Shown here piece after piece: positions 55,822-64,000 of a DNA stretch of 64,000 bases. Under the pieces are notes generated by a model, which was not told where the DNA came from, made no database searches, and was given only the letters and a program-made list of their open reading frames with translations. This DNA comes from Oscillospiraceae bacterium (GTDB lineage: Bacteria > Bacillota > Clostridia > Oscillospirales > CAG-272): the NCBI GenBank assembly GCA_015065105.1, contig SVQZ01000009.1, positions 7,134 through 71,133 on the forward strand, in the 5' to 3' direction. Position 1 is the first letter of the stretch. Each line of letters starts with the position of its first letter. The position numbers and the translations under genes were made by a program.

Positions 55822-57416
55822 TTTTCCTTAATTATCAGGGCTTGGTATGGTTCAAGCTCTGATATTTTTTCTTTAGTCTCATAATTTGAAAGAACTACGG
55901 AATCGGGAATCACCTCAAATCCCAAAGCTGTTTTCTTTTCAGAGAAATTACAAATCACCTTGAAGCTTCCTTCCTCACCGTATCTTCTGTAAACAGAAAG
56001 GGCGTCCTTGTTGTATAAAAGCTCAAAATCTCCGTAAAGCATGGTGCTGTTTTCAAGATGAAGCTTAATGAGTTTTTTATAATAGTTATATACAGATCTT
56101 TCAGAGGCCAAGTCCGCTTTTGCATTCACTTCCTTATATCTGTCGTGAATCTTCAGCCAGGGTGTACCTGAGGTAAAGCCTCCGTTTTCGGAATCATCCC
56201 AAGGGATCGGCGCTCTTGCACAGTCGCGGCTGTCCTTTGAGAAAAGTTCAAGAACGGTCTTTTCATCAAATTCCTTTAAAAGCACGGGATATGCATTAAG
56301 AGCTTCTATATCACGGCATTCGTCAAGAGAATGAAATACAGGATTAATAAGACCGAGCTCCTGTCCCTGGAATATATAAGGAGTTCCCTGCATTGCATAT
56401 ACCAAGGTTGCTATCATTGTTGCCGACTCATAACGATAGTCTTCGGTATTTCCTATTCGGTTAAGACATCTTGACTGGTCGTGGTTTTCAACGCATATGG
56501 CATTCCAACCCTTACCGTTTAAGCCGTCCTGCCATTTTGCAAGTACGGAAACGTACTTTTCGGGATCAAACTCACCAAGATAAAAACGTCCGCCGGTTCT
56601 GCCAACACTCATATGCTCAAACTGAAAAACCATTGAAAGCTCTTCTCTTTCGGGATGTGTAAGCATCAACGATTCTTCGGGTGAAAGCCCCCATACCTCG
56701 CCTACCGTCATGGCTTCATGAGGAGCAAGCGCCTCGCGGTTAAGAAGATGTATATATTCATGCAAACGGGGTCCGTCGCCCGATATTCCCTTTTCTATAT
56801 CCTTTGAAATAAGATTTATCACGTCGCAACGGAAGCCATCTACGCCCATTTCAAGCCAATATTTCATCATATCGATTATTTCCTGCCTTACCTTAGGGTT
56901 CTCCCAGTTAAGGTCAGGCTGTTTCTTGGAAAAAAGGTGCAGATAATACTGTCCCGTTACCTCATCATATTCCCAAGCACTGCCGCCGAAATTCGATTGC
57001 CAATTGTTAGGCTCACATCCGTTTACCGGATCTCGCCATATATAATAATCGCGGTAAGGGTTATCCTTCGATTTACGGCTCTCACAGAACCATTCGTGCT
57101 CATCGGATGTATGATTTACCACAAGATCCATTAAAAGACGAATATTCCTCTTTTTCATTTCGACAAGCATATTTTTAAAATCGTCCATGCTCCCGTAAAC
57201 AGGATCTATGGTTCTGTAATCGGCTATATCGTATCCGTTATCGTCTCCGGGGGAAACGTAGCAGGGAGAAAGCCAAATTGTATTTATTCCAAGCTCCTTT
57301 AAATAATCGAGCTTCGATATAATACCCGGTATATCACCTATACCGTCACCGTTTGTATCACAAAAGCTTTTTGGGTATATCTGATATACCACAGCTTCCT
57401 TGTACCAATCCTTCAT
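55818..57416 (-). CDS. GH13 alpha-glucosidase / oligo-1,6-glucosidase
   Basis: DLVVNHTSDEH, GFRCDVINL, GEVWG and ENHDQSR conserved regions. Start at ATG 57416 (GGAGGTG upstream). Confidence 0.9.
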   Translation of the reverse strand: MKDWYKEAVVYQIYPKSFCDTNGDGIGDIPGIISKLDYLKELGINTIWLSPCYVSPGDDNGYDIADYRTIDPVYGSMDDFKNMLVEMKKRNIRLLMDLVVNHTSDEHEWFCESRKSKDNPYRDYYIWRDPVNGCEPNNWQSNFGGSAWEYDEVTGQYYLHLFSKKQPDLNWENPKVRQEIIDMMKYWLEMGVDGFRCDVINLISKDIEKGISGDGPRLHEYIHLLNREALAPHEAMTVGEVWGLSPEESLMLTHPEREELSMVFQFEHMSVGRTGGRFYLGEFDPEKYVSVLAKWQDGLNGKGWNAICVENHDQSRCLNRIGNTEDYRYESATMIATLVYAMQGTPYIFQGQELGLINPVFHSLDECRDIEALNAYPVLLKEFDEKTVLELFSKDSRDCARAPIPWDDSENGGFTSGTPWLKIHDRYKEVNAKADLASERSVYNYYKKLIKLHLENSTMLYGDFELLYNKDALSVYRRYGEEGSFKVICNFSEKKTALGFEVIPDSVVLSNYETKEKISELEPYQALIIKEN

Positions 57417-57529
57417 TTTATCACCTCCGTGATATAATATCACAATTTCAAATATATATCAAGTAAATTTCAAAAAACCTCTTTTAAAACGTTGTATTAT
57501 ATTGTATAATAGTATCAAAGGAGGATGTT

Positions 57530-58306
57530 ATGAAAAAGACAATACTGATCGTTATACTTGTTTTAGCCGTCATAGGCTTTACCTTTTCTGCTTATAAGCT
57601 GATATCCTCCATGAAGGAATACAAGGAGGGTGAAGAGACCTATGAACGCATCTCGAATGATTTCGTTACACTTTCAGCAGATTTCACCCTTCCCGAAATA
57701 CAAAATACAGCACCGGAGGAGCTTGAAGTAAACGAACCTCTGAGCGTTGATTTTGAATCCTTATCAGCGCTCAATCCCGACATTATCGGCTGGATATACT
57801 GTCCCGATACGACCATCAATTATCCTGTTTTAAAAGCCTCGGATAACGATTACTATCTTCGCCGCATGGCAGACCGAAAATACAATATTGCAGGCTCGAT
57901 CTTCATGGATTACCGTAACAAGGGAGATTTTTCTGATATAAACACCCTGATATACGGTCATAATATGAAAAATTCAACCATGTTCAGCGATATAGTTAAT
58001 TACGACTCAAGCGATCCCGAATACTATAATTCGCACCCGTACATTTATTATTTCACAAAGGAGAAAAATTACATCCTGCAGGTCATTGGCGAAAAGACCG
58101 CCGAAACCTCGGACAGAATTTTCAAGGATTTTGAGAACAAGGAAGAAATGCAGGAATATCTTGCGGGATGTACCCCAAAGATATTATTTAGTACTGAATA
58201 CGATATTTCAAGTATAGATAACCTTGTAACGCTTTCCACCTGCTCAAAGAACTCAAGCGCAAAAAGACAGGTATTATTCTGTAAGCCGATAATAATAAAC
58301 AAATAG
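57530..58306 (+). CDS. srtB: Class B sortase
   Basis: N-terminal TM anchor, IGWIY.PDT.INYPV, LIYGHNM, and TLSTC active site. Confidence 0.85.
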   Translation: MKKTILIVILVLAVIGFTFSAYKLISSMKEYKEGEETYERISNDFVTLSADFTLPEIQNTAPEELEVNEPLSVDFESLSALNPDIIGWIYCPDTTINYPVLKASDNDYYLRRMADRKYNIAGSIFMDYRNKGDFSDINTLIYGHNMKNSTMFSDIVNYDSSDPEYYNSHPYIYYFTKEKNYILQVIGEKTAETSDRIFKDFENKEEMQEYLAGCTPKILFSTEYDISSIDNLVTLSTCSKNSSAKRQVLFCKPIIINK

Positions 58307-58330
58307 AAAAAACCGCATCAGCGGTTTTTT
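58307..58330. terminator. Bidirectional terminator
   Basis: Stem aaccgc/gcggtt flanked by A6 and T6. Confidence 0.7.
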
Positions 58331-58333
58331 CTA

Positions 58334-59494
58334 TTACAGCTCGCTTAATTTCATGCCGTCGCGGGGGATAAACTGACGCCAATAAGCAACCGTTTCGCGA
58401 AGTCTCTGCAATGCGGCGCGGTTGATATCCGCAGTTCCCGTGAACATTTCAAGGGTAAGTACTATCTCATCGCATTTTTCGGGCATATCATGATCATCCT
58501 TTGAATATGCGGCCTTCAATGCCTCGATAACCTTTTCACCTGTAATTATTCCCTTTTCGTTGCATTCCTTTGTAAAGGGCTGATGACCCGAGGAGCTGCC
58601 GTTGGTCTGCTGAAGATGTACTATGGGAGAATAACCGCCGAGTTCACGGAGCCACTCATAAGGATCGCCGTCCTTATAGGGAGCAAACATATAGCTGTGA
58701 GAATCCATTTCCGATTCAATTGCATCAAGCATTTCCCCGGTGGTTTCTTTTGCATCTTCAAATATCTCAAATGCCTTTACGGTACCGAGCCAGAGGGACG
58801 GAAGAAAATCACCCGCAAGATATTTCTTATGCGCCTCGGCTATCTCCTCACGGCTGAGACGTACAAACTTACGCTGACCGCTCTGATGTCCCACGTCAAC
58901 AGTAATATACATGGGAGCGCCGCTTCTCTTATATATCTCCCGTATCATTTCTCTCGCACCTTCAACGGTCCAGGGTATCTGGTGGGGGGAATACATCTGC
59001 TCTACACCGAGATAACCGCAGCCCTTTTCCTTTGCGTATGCGGCAAGAGCACCAAGGTCGTTTATAAGGTTATCCTTAAACTCAGCATATCTTTTTGCAT
59101 CCTGAAGAACGCTGTCCGAAAAGGCATGGCAGAAGAAACCAAAGCCCGAGCCGATAGACTTTGCGGTATCGACCATGGGCATAAGCCATTCCTTTAAGAA
59201 CCTTTCTCTCACTCTTATGTCTGTATGGGCAAGGCCGAGAGTTGCATAGGTGCCGTGACCGGAATAGATATTTGCAACCTTTACTCCTGTTTTATCGCTG
59301 CCCTCGTTTACCTTATCTGCCCAGTCCTTCATATAGGCATCACCCATATAGAGGGGATCGCATTCGGTATCTGCACTGGACTCAACGTAATAAAGTCCAA
59401 GCTCCTTTATGGTATTCATCCATTCAATAGGCTCTGTCCATCTTTTGGAACCAAAGCAGTTGTCTATAGCTAAATAGATTTTGGGGTCTTTCAT
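58334..59494 (-). CDS. Sugar isomerase/epimerase-like TIM-barrel protein
   Basis: 386 aa with a good SD. General xylose-isomerase-like TIM-barrel resemblance only. Confidence 0.5.
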   Translation of the reverse strand: MKDPKIYLAIDNCFGSKRWTEPIEWMNTIKELGLYYVESSADTECDPLYMGDAYMKDWADKVNEGSDKTGVKVANIYSGHGTYATLGLAHTDIRVRERFLKEWLMPMVDTAKSIGSGFGFFCHAFSDSVLQDAKRYAEFKDNLINDLGALAAYAKEKGCGYLGVEQMYSPHQIPWTVEGAREMIREIYKRSGAPMYITVDVGHQSGQRKFVRLSREEIAEAHKKYLAGDFLPSLWLGTVKAFEIFEDAKETTGEMLDAIESEMDSHSYMFAPYKDGDPYEWLRELGGYSPIVHLQQTNGSSSGHQPFTKECNEKGIITGEKVIEALKAAYSKDDHDMPEKCDEIVLTLEMFTGTADINRAALQRLRETVAYWRQFIPRDGMKLSEL

Positions 59495-59510
59495 TTTTCT
59501 ATCCTTTCAG

Positions 59511-61475
59511 TTAATCGTCAAATCCTAATCGCTTCATTGCAAAGTAGAGGGCAAAATCCTGATCGTTTGCATATGCATCAAAGAGCTTACCCTTCTTTTT
59601 GCCTATGCGGAAGGGGTAAAGATAAGCACAATAGCTTCTGCCCTCGGGGGTAAAGAGGCAAAGACAGTTACGGATATTCTGTTCCGCCATATCGTCGTAT
59701 TTATACGCATAATCGGCACGTGCCATAAGATCGTAAGCCCAACCGGAAAGCACGCTCCAATAATGAGGGAAGGTGTCACAGAAGGTCTGCTCCTTGCCGA
59801 ACCAATAGTCATCCCAATGACGTATAGGTGTTGCAAAAAGATGATAGTCGGGAGCCATTGAATCAAAACGCTCAAGGTTTTCCATATGAAGCATAGCGTT
59901 TTCAAGATATCTTTCGTCATCCGTTAAACGGTAGAGCGAAAGCATAAAGGTTACCGCAGGAGTAACAATAGTCTGCTCGTAATCAACCTCGTGCTTGGGA
60001 TAAGAAACACCGTATTCCATCATATTTTCGCAATGCTTTATTGCATATTTCAAAAGAGCATCAGCCTCTTCATACATTTCAGCCATATTCAAAAGCTCTA
60101 TAGGCTCGTAGATGGTAATACCGTTGGGATAGAATTTGTCACCGCCGTTTTCATAATAATGCTTCATTACGCGGAACATTATTTCAAGGTATTCCTTGTC
60201 CTCGGTAAGAGTATAAAGCTCACAGCAGAATACACATACCCAGGGAGCGTTATAAAGCCTTACCTGAGTTGCATCCTTGCCTATGGTGTCGAAAACCTCA
60301 CCCGTTTCCTTATCGCAGAATTCACGGAACACAAAGTCCTTGTATTCCATCAAAGAATCATAGAATTTCTGATTCGGGAAGCTCTGAAGGTATTTTGCGA
60401 TAACGATACCCATACCAAGCCTTTCACGACTTGCGTTATGGTCGCTTACCATATTGTTGAAATAGATACTGTCGGTTTCATTATCATAAAGAAGATAAGC
60501 ACCGTCAAGCGCACTTCCCTTCTTATGATATTGCTGTTTTTCAACTATAAAATCGATTCTCTTTTCAATAAGCTCGTCAAGGGGAGGTGAAACGTATGCC
60601 AGAGCATGGGTCATAATACCGTTTATACAAAGATCGACACGCAATTCACCAAGCTCATTACATTTACATTCACCCCAAACACCGTACTCTGTACGCATTG
60701 CGGGGATCTCTTTACCGTTGACTTTAATACTGAAGCTTTTTGCTTCATTTTTGGTATAGCAGTCAACGATAAGTCTTTCTCCCTTAAAGAGAGTATAATT
60801 ATTAAGTCTTATATGTACAAAATTATCATATTCGTATGCTTTATTGTAGAAATCCGATTTATCTTCAAATACAAACATTTCATGAGAAAAGGTATAGCTT
60901 TCACCGGGAAGCAATGAAAAAGGAGAAAAATCAAATCGGAAATCACCTCTGTCATTCTTCGCATAGGGCGGTGTAGTCTGAGTATAACCGCCTATATTTC
61001 CCTTTGTTACTACAAGACCGCAGTTAAGCTTACTTGCACCCATACGAAGAGCCATAACATAGGAGGATTCCTCACCGCACCAGATATGGGTATTACACCG
61101 TCCTGTAAGGCAGGTCTCTGCATCCTCGTAATTATCGTTAAAGGGGATATCAATGCCTATTTCTCCCATCGGGAAGAAAAGCTCGTTTACAGATGTATTG
61201 GTAATTATATACTCTTCGCGGTATTTACCGTTGTTTTCTCGCTTAACCTCCACCTTAACGAAGGGGTTGGAATATACAGCCTTACAGCTATCGCCGTTTA
61301 TATCAATGCTTTCAACTTCAAAACCCATAAAACGGTTAAATGCGATCTGAAGATTTATATAAGGAATACCAAAGGTAGCAGTTTGAGATTCTACCCAGTT
61401 CATCCCGTATTTATCGCCTTTGATAACAAGGGATTCAAGACCGCCGTTTTCTGCGTTATACTTAATATTAAACAT
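59511..61475 (-). CDS. Hypothetical 654-aa protein, possibly a glycoside-hydrolase-like enzyme
   Basis: Long ORF with GGAGG SD, co-directional and 16 nt from the TIM-barrel gene. I cannot name a family. Confidence 0.5.
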   Translation of the reverse strand: MFNIKYNAENGGLESLVIKGDKYGMNWVESQTATFGIPYINLQIAFNRFMGFEVESIDINGDSCKAVYSNPFVKVEVKRENNGKYREEYIITNTSVNELFFPMGEIGIDIPFNDNYEDAETCLTGRCNTHIWCGEESSYVMALRMGASKLNCGLVVTKGNIGGYTQTTPPYAKNDRGDFRFDFSPFSLLPGESYTFSHEMFVFEDKSDFYNKAYEYDNFVHIRLNNYTLFKGERLIVDCYTKNEAKSFSIKVNGKEIPAMRTEYGVWGECKCNELGELRVDLCINGIMTHALAYVSPPLDELIEKRIDFIVEKQQYHKKGSALDGAYLLYDNETDSIYFNNMVSDHNASRERLGMGIVIAKYLQSFPNQKFYDSLMEYKDFVFREFCDKETGEVFDTIGKDATQVRLYNAPWVCVFCCELYTLTEDKEYLEIMFRVMKHYYENGGDKFYPNGITIYEPIELLNMAEMYEEADALLKYAIKHCENMMEYGVSYPKHEVDYEQTIVTPAVTFMLSLYRLTDDERYLENAMLHMENLERFDSMAPDYHLFATPIRHWDDYWFGKEQTFCDTFPHYWSVLSGWAYDLMARADYAYKYDDMAEQNIRNCLCLFTPEGRSYCAYLYPFRIGKKKGKLFDAYANDQDFALYFAMKRLGFDD

Positions 61476-61609
61476 AATTCCTCCGAATTTCAGTTATTAA
61501 TAACATTGTACACTATTTTTAATAATATTTCAATATAATTATTGATTTAATAACCGTAATATGGTAAAATAATTCAGAAAACGAAAATAATGATCAGCGG
61601 ATAACGAAA

Positions 61610-62107
61610 ATGAAAATTTACTTAAAAAGGATCGAAGAAGGACAAAATCTTCACGCAGAGGCACACAGATTGCTTTCGTGGGTTTACCAAAAGCCCTTTA
61701 CCCTGGAATACAATAACAGATCAAAGCCCTATATCAAAGGGGACAGCAGTTTTTTCTTTAATATATCCCATTCAGACGAGTGGGTGTGTCTCGGAGTATC
61801 AGATAAGGAAATAGGAGTTGATATCGAAAAGCACAACCCCTCAAAAACAAGGTTAGCGAAGCGATTCTTTTCTCAAAAGGAACAACAGCATTGCAAAACC
61901 GTAAAAGACTTTTTTGATATCTGGACTCAAAAGGAGGCTTTTATAAAAGCGGTCGGTATAGGACTCTCCTACGGAATAAATACCTTCTGCTGTTTTGAAA
62001 AGCAGGACGGTTACTGCATCCGAAACATAGAAGCACCCGAAGGCTATTCACTTTCAGTTTGTGAAAAGACAGAAGAAATCAGTGAAATTGAAATAATATA
62101 TATATAA
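61610..62107 (+). CDS. Sfp-type 4'-phosphopantetheinyl transferase
   Basis: GVDIEK, FFSQKEQ and WTQKEAFIKAVG motifs. Confidence 0.8.
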   Translation: MKIYLKRIEEGQNLHAEAHRLLSWVYQKPFTLEYNNRSKPYIKGDSSFFFNISHSDEWVCLGVSDKEIGVDIEKHNPSKTRLAKRFFSQKEQQHCKTVKDFFDIWTQKEAFIKAVGIGLSYGINTFCCFEKQDGYCIRNIEAPEGYSLSVCEKTEEISEIEIIYI

Positions 62108-62109
62108 GT

Positions 62110-62136
62110 AAAAGCAGGTCAAATGACCTGCTTTTA
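62110..62136. terminator. Bidirectional terminator
   Basis: 8-bp stem agcaggtc/gacctgct flanked by AAA and TTTT. Confidence 0.7.
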
Positions 62137-63549
62137 TCATTCTTTACCGTTCCAGCAGTAAGTACAGAGCTTATCTGCAGGAAGACCCGTTGCCTCGATA
62201 ACGTCATCGACCGTGGGATAGCGAAGGGAGGTAAAATGCATCATTTCACATATCTTATCCACCATTCTCTGATACTTTTCTGTTGCGGGATCAGCGTATT
62301 CGTCAACGGTTTCGCGGTTCGGGGTCTCACCCTCAAGCTCCGCTATTACCTTACGGGTAATAAGGTCCATATCAGAATTAGAACGGGAGAAGTTAAGATA
62401 CTTGCAAACGTACATAAGAGGAGGACATCCGAGACGGATATGAACCTCCTTTGCACCGCTTTCGTAAAGAAAATCGGTAGTTTCACGAAGCTGTGTGCCG
62501 CGTACGATAGAATCATCAATAAGCAAAAGCTTTTTATCCTCAATAAGATCGTGAATAGCAAGAAGCTTCATCTTTGCAATAAGATTACGCTTGGTCTGGT
62601 TGGGGGGCATAAAGGAACGGGGCCATGTAGGTGTATATTTTACAAAGGGTCTTGCATAGGGTATTCCCGACTCGTTTGCATATCCTATTGCATGAGCAAT
62701 ACCCGAATCGGGCACACCTGCAACAAGATCGGGGAATATCCTTCCCTTATCCTTTTGTGCGAGTATCTTACCGCAGTTATATCTCATTTTCTCAACGCTT
62801 ATGCCTTCGTATGAAGAAGAGGGATAGCCGTAATATACCCACATAAACGCGCATATCTTCATTTCATTTCCGGGAGCAACAAGAGTCCTTACACCGTCTG
62901 CCGTCATAACAACGATCTCTCCGGGACCAAGCTCCTTATAGTTCTTATACCCGAGATTCTGATGAACAAAGCTTTCAAAGCTTGCGCAATAACCGTCATC
63001 CTTTTTTCCTATAGCAATAGGTGTTCTGCCTAAACGGTCACGCGCACAATATACACCGATAGGGGTGAGAATAAGAATACTCAGCGATCCCTCGATTATC
63101 TCCTGTGCATACCTGATGCCCTCAATGAAATTATCCTTTTGGTTGATTATTGCCGCAGTTAATTCGGTGGGGTTGATATCACCGTTTCTCATAATAAAGA
63201 AATGAGCTTTATTCTTAAGTATTTCATTTACTATTTTTTCGGAATTATTAATTTTACCGGTCGTGGTAATGGCAAAGGTGCCGTGATGAGAGTGAATGAG
63301 CATGGGCTGTGCCTCGTAATCTGAAATACAACCTATACCCATAGTTCCGTGCATAGAGGTGGATTCGGAGGTGAACTTTGTTCTGAATGGAGAGTTTTCT
63401 ATATTATGCAATGCTTTATCAAAGCCTGACTCGGGATCGTAAACCACCATACCCGCTCTGCGTGTACCGAGATGGGAATGATAGTCTGTTCCGTAAAACA
63501 GATCAAATACACAATCTTCCTTTGATACTACACCAAAAAAACCGCTCAT
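62137..63549 (-). CDS. Amidophosphoribosyltransferase-like protein with Ser in place of the N-terminal nucleophile Cys
   Basis: Starts MSGFFGV where PurF has (M)CG(I/V)FG. PRPP loop LLLIDDSIVRGTQL is present. Cys residues at the Fe-S positions are retained (CAFMW, CPPL, CTYC). Confidence 0.7.
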   Translation of the reverse strand: MSGFFGVVSKEDCVFDLFYGTDYHSHLGTRRAGMVVYDPESGFDKALHNIENSPFRTKFTSESTSMHGTMGIGCISDYEAQPMLIHSHHGTFAITTTGKINNSEKIVNEILKNKAHFFIMRNGDINPTELTAAIINQKDNFIEGIRYAQEIIEGSLSILILTPIGVYCARDRLGRTPIAIGKKDDGYCASFESFVHQNLGYKNYKELGPGEIVVMTADGVRTLVAPGNEMKICAFMWVYYGYPSSSYEGISVEKMRYNCGKILAQKDKGRIFPDLVAGVPDSGIAHAIGYANESGIPYARPFVKYTPTWPRSFMPPNQTKRNLIAKMKLLAIHDLIEDKKLLLIDDSIVRGTQLRETTDFLYESGAKEVHIRLGCPPLMYVCKYLNFSRSNSDMDLITRKVIAELEGETPNRETVDEYADPATEKYQRMVDKICEMMHFTSLRYPTVDDVIEATGLPADKLCTYCWNGKE

Positions 63550-63637
63550 AAAAAGACCTCGCTAAAAAAATTGATAAAACATTATAACATATAATAAAAA
63601 AAATTAAAAGAGTTATTCTGTAATTTTCTTGAAAAAT

Positions 63638-64000
63638 TCACGAAATTATTTTCATGTCATTGTCGGTTATTTCACATTGAAGCATCATGACCTCAACGCC
63701 CTTGCTTCTTGCATGATCAAGGGCGTCTCCGAATTCCTTATGTGTTGCAATATTGGCTCTCACCTCTGTTATCTGCGGCATTTGAATAACAAAGGCTACT
63801 GCAGATCTATACCCCTGCTCCGAAGCCTTTACAAGCTCGTATAAATGCTTTACGCCTCTCTCTGTAGGAGCATCGGGAAAATAACCTATGCCGTCAATTT
63901 CAAGGGTACAGCCCTTGACCTCTATAAAATATTTGTCATTTCCCTTTTCAAGATAAAAATCGAAGCGGGAATTTCCGTATCTATATTCAGGCTTTATCAG
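63638..64000 (-). CDS. sfsA: Sugar fermentation stimulation protein SfsA, C-terminal part (5' end outside the window)
   Basis: Minus-strand frame is open from the window edge: ...RFDFYLEKGNDKYFIEVKGCTL..FPDAPTERGVKHLYEL..VAFVIQM..GVEVMMLQC.., with stop TGA (plus-strand tca at 63638-63640). Not in the ORF track because the start lies outside the window. Confidence 0.8.
   Translation of the reverse strand: MIKPEYRYGNSRFDFYLEKGNDKYFIEVKGCTLEIDGIGYFPDAPTERGVKHLYELVKASEQGYRSAVAFVIQMPQITEVRANIATHKEFGDALDHARSKGVEVMMLQCEITDNDMKIIS

Overview
This looks like a chromosomal segment from a low-GC Gram-positive anaerobe, probably Clostridia. Supporting signs are spoIIID, a Spo0A-type domain, holB-ricT, rpsF-ssb-rpsR and GGAGG-type ribosome binding sites. 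I support about 60 protein genes. They include a 7-gene aromatic amino-acid operon (aroF-tyrA-aroB-aroA-aroC-pheA-aroE/aroK), galT plus a large glycoside hydrolase, an OmpR/histidine-kinase pair, and Rrf2-cysK. There are also a GntR/ABC/ABC-2 module, a BMP-type nucleoside ABC importer with xpt, upp/rluA-family/mtaB, and several sugar-related enzymes. Both window edges cut genes that the ORF track misses: plsY at the 5' edge and sfsA at the 3' edge, minus strand. I found no rRNA, tRNA, CRISPR array, transposase or integrase. The parts worth a second look are mostly non-coding. (1) An orphan phage-type replisome-organiser gene (18010..19179) carries a lambda-ori-like array of about 17 phased dyad iterons plus an AT-rich tract inside its own reading frame. 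(2) The 0.8-kb non-coding gap upstream of it holds five ATATCGAG-type direct repeats interleaved with four different perfect palindromes, bounded by two bidirectional terminators. (3) A family of about 90-nt elements occurs in at least five to six copies, always in convergent intergenic regions. All share a TTATAGGAAATT 5' box, and the three best-conserved copies also share a central stem-loop and a 3' hairpin next to the opposing stop codon. (4) A 21-codon leader ORF with 8 Phe/Tyr codons, followed by an intrinsic terminator, lies in front of the aromatic operon. (5) aroB carries a 1-nt frameshift. (6) There are several likely pseudo-enzymes or orphan domains: a PurF-like protein with Ser in place of the nucleophile Cys, a GlgA-like protein lacking the KTGGL motif, and a stand-alone Spo0A C-terminal domain. 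All family assignments come from motif recognition by eye and need HMM or BLAST confirmation.
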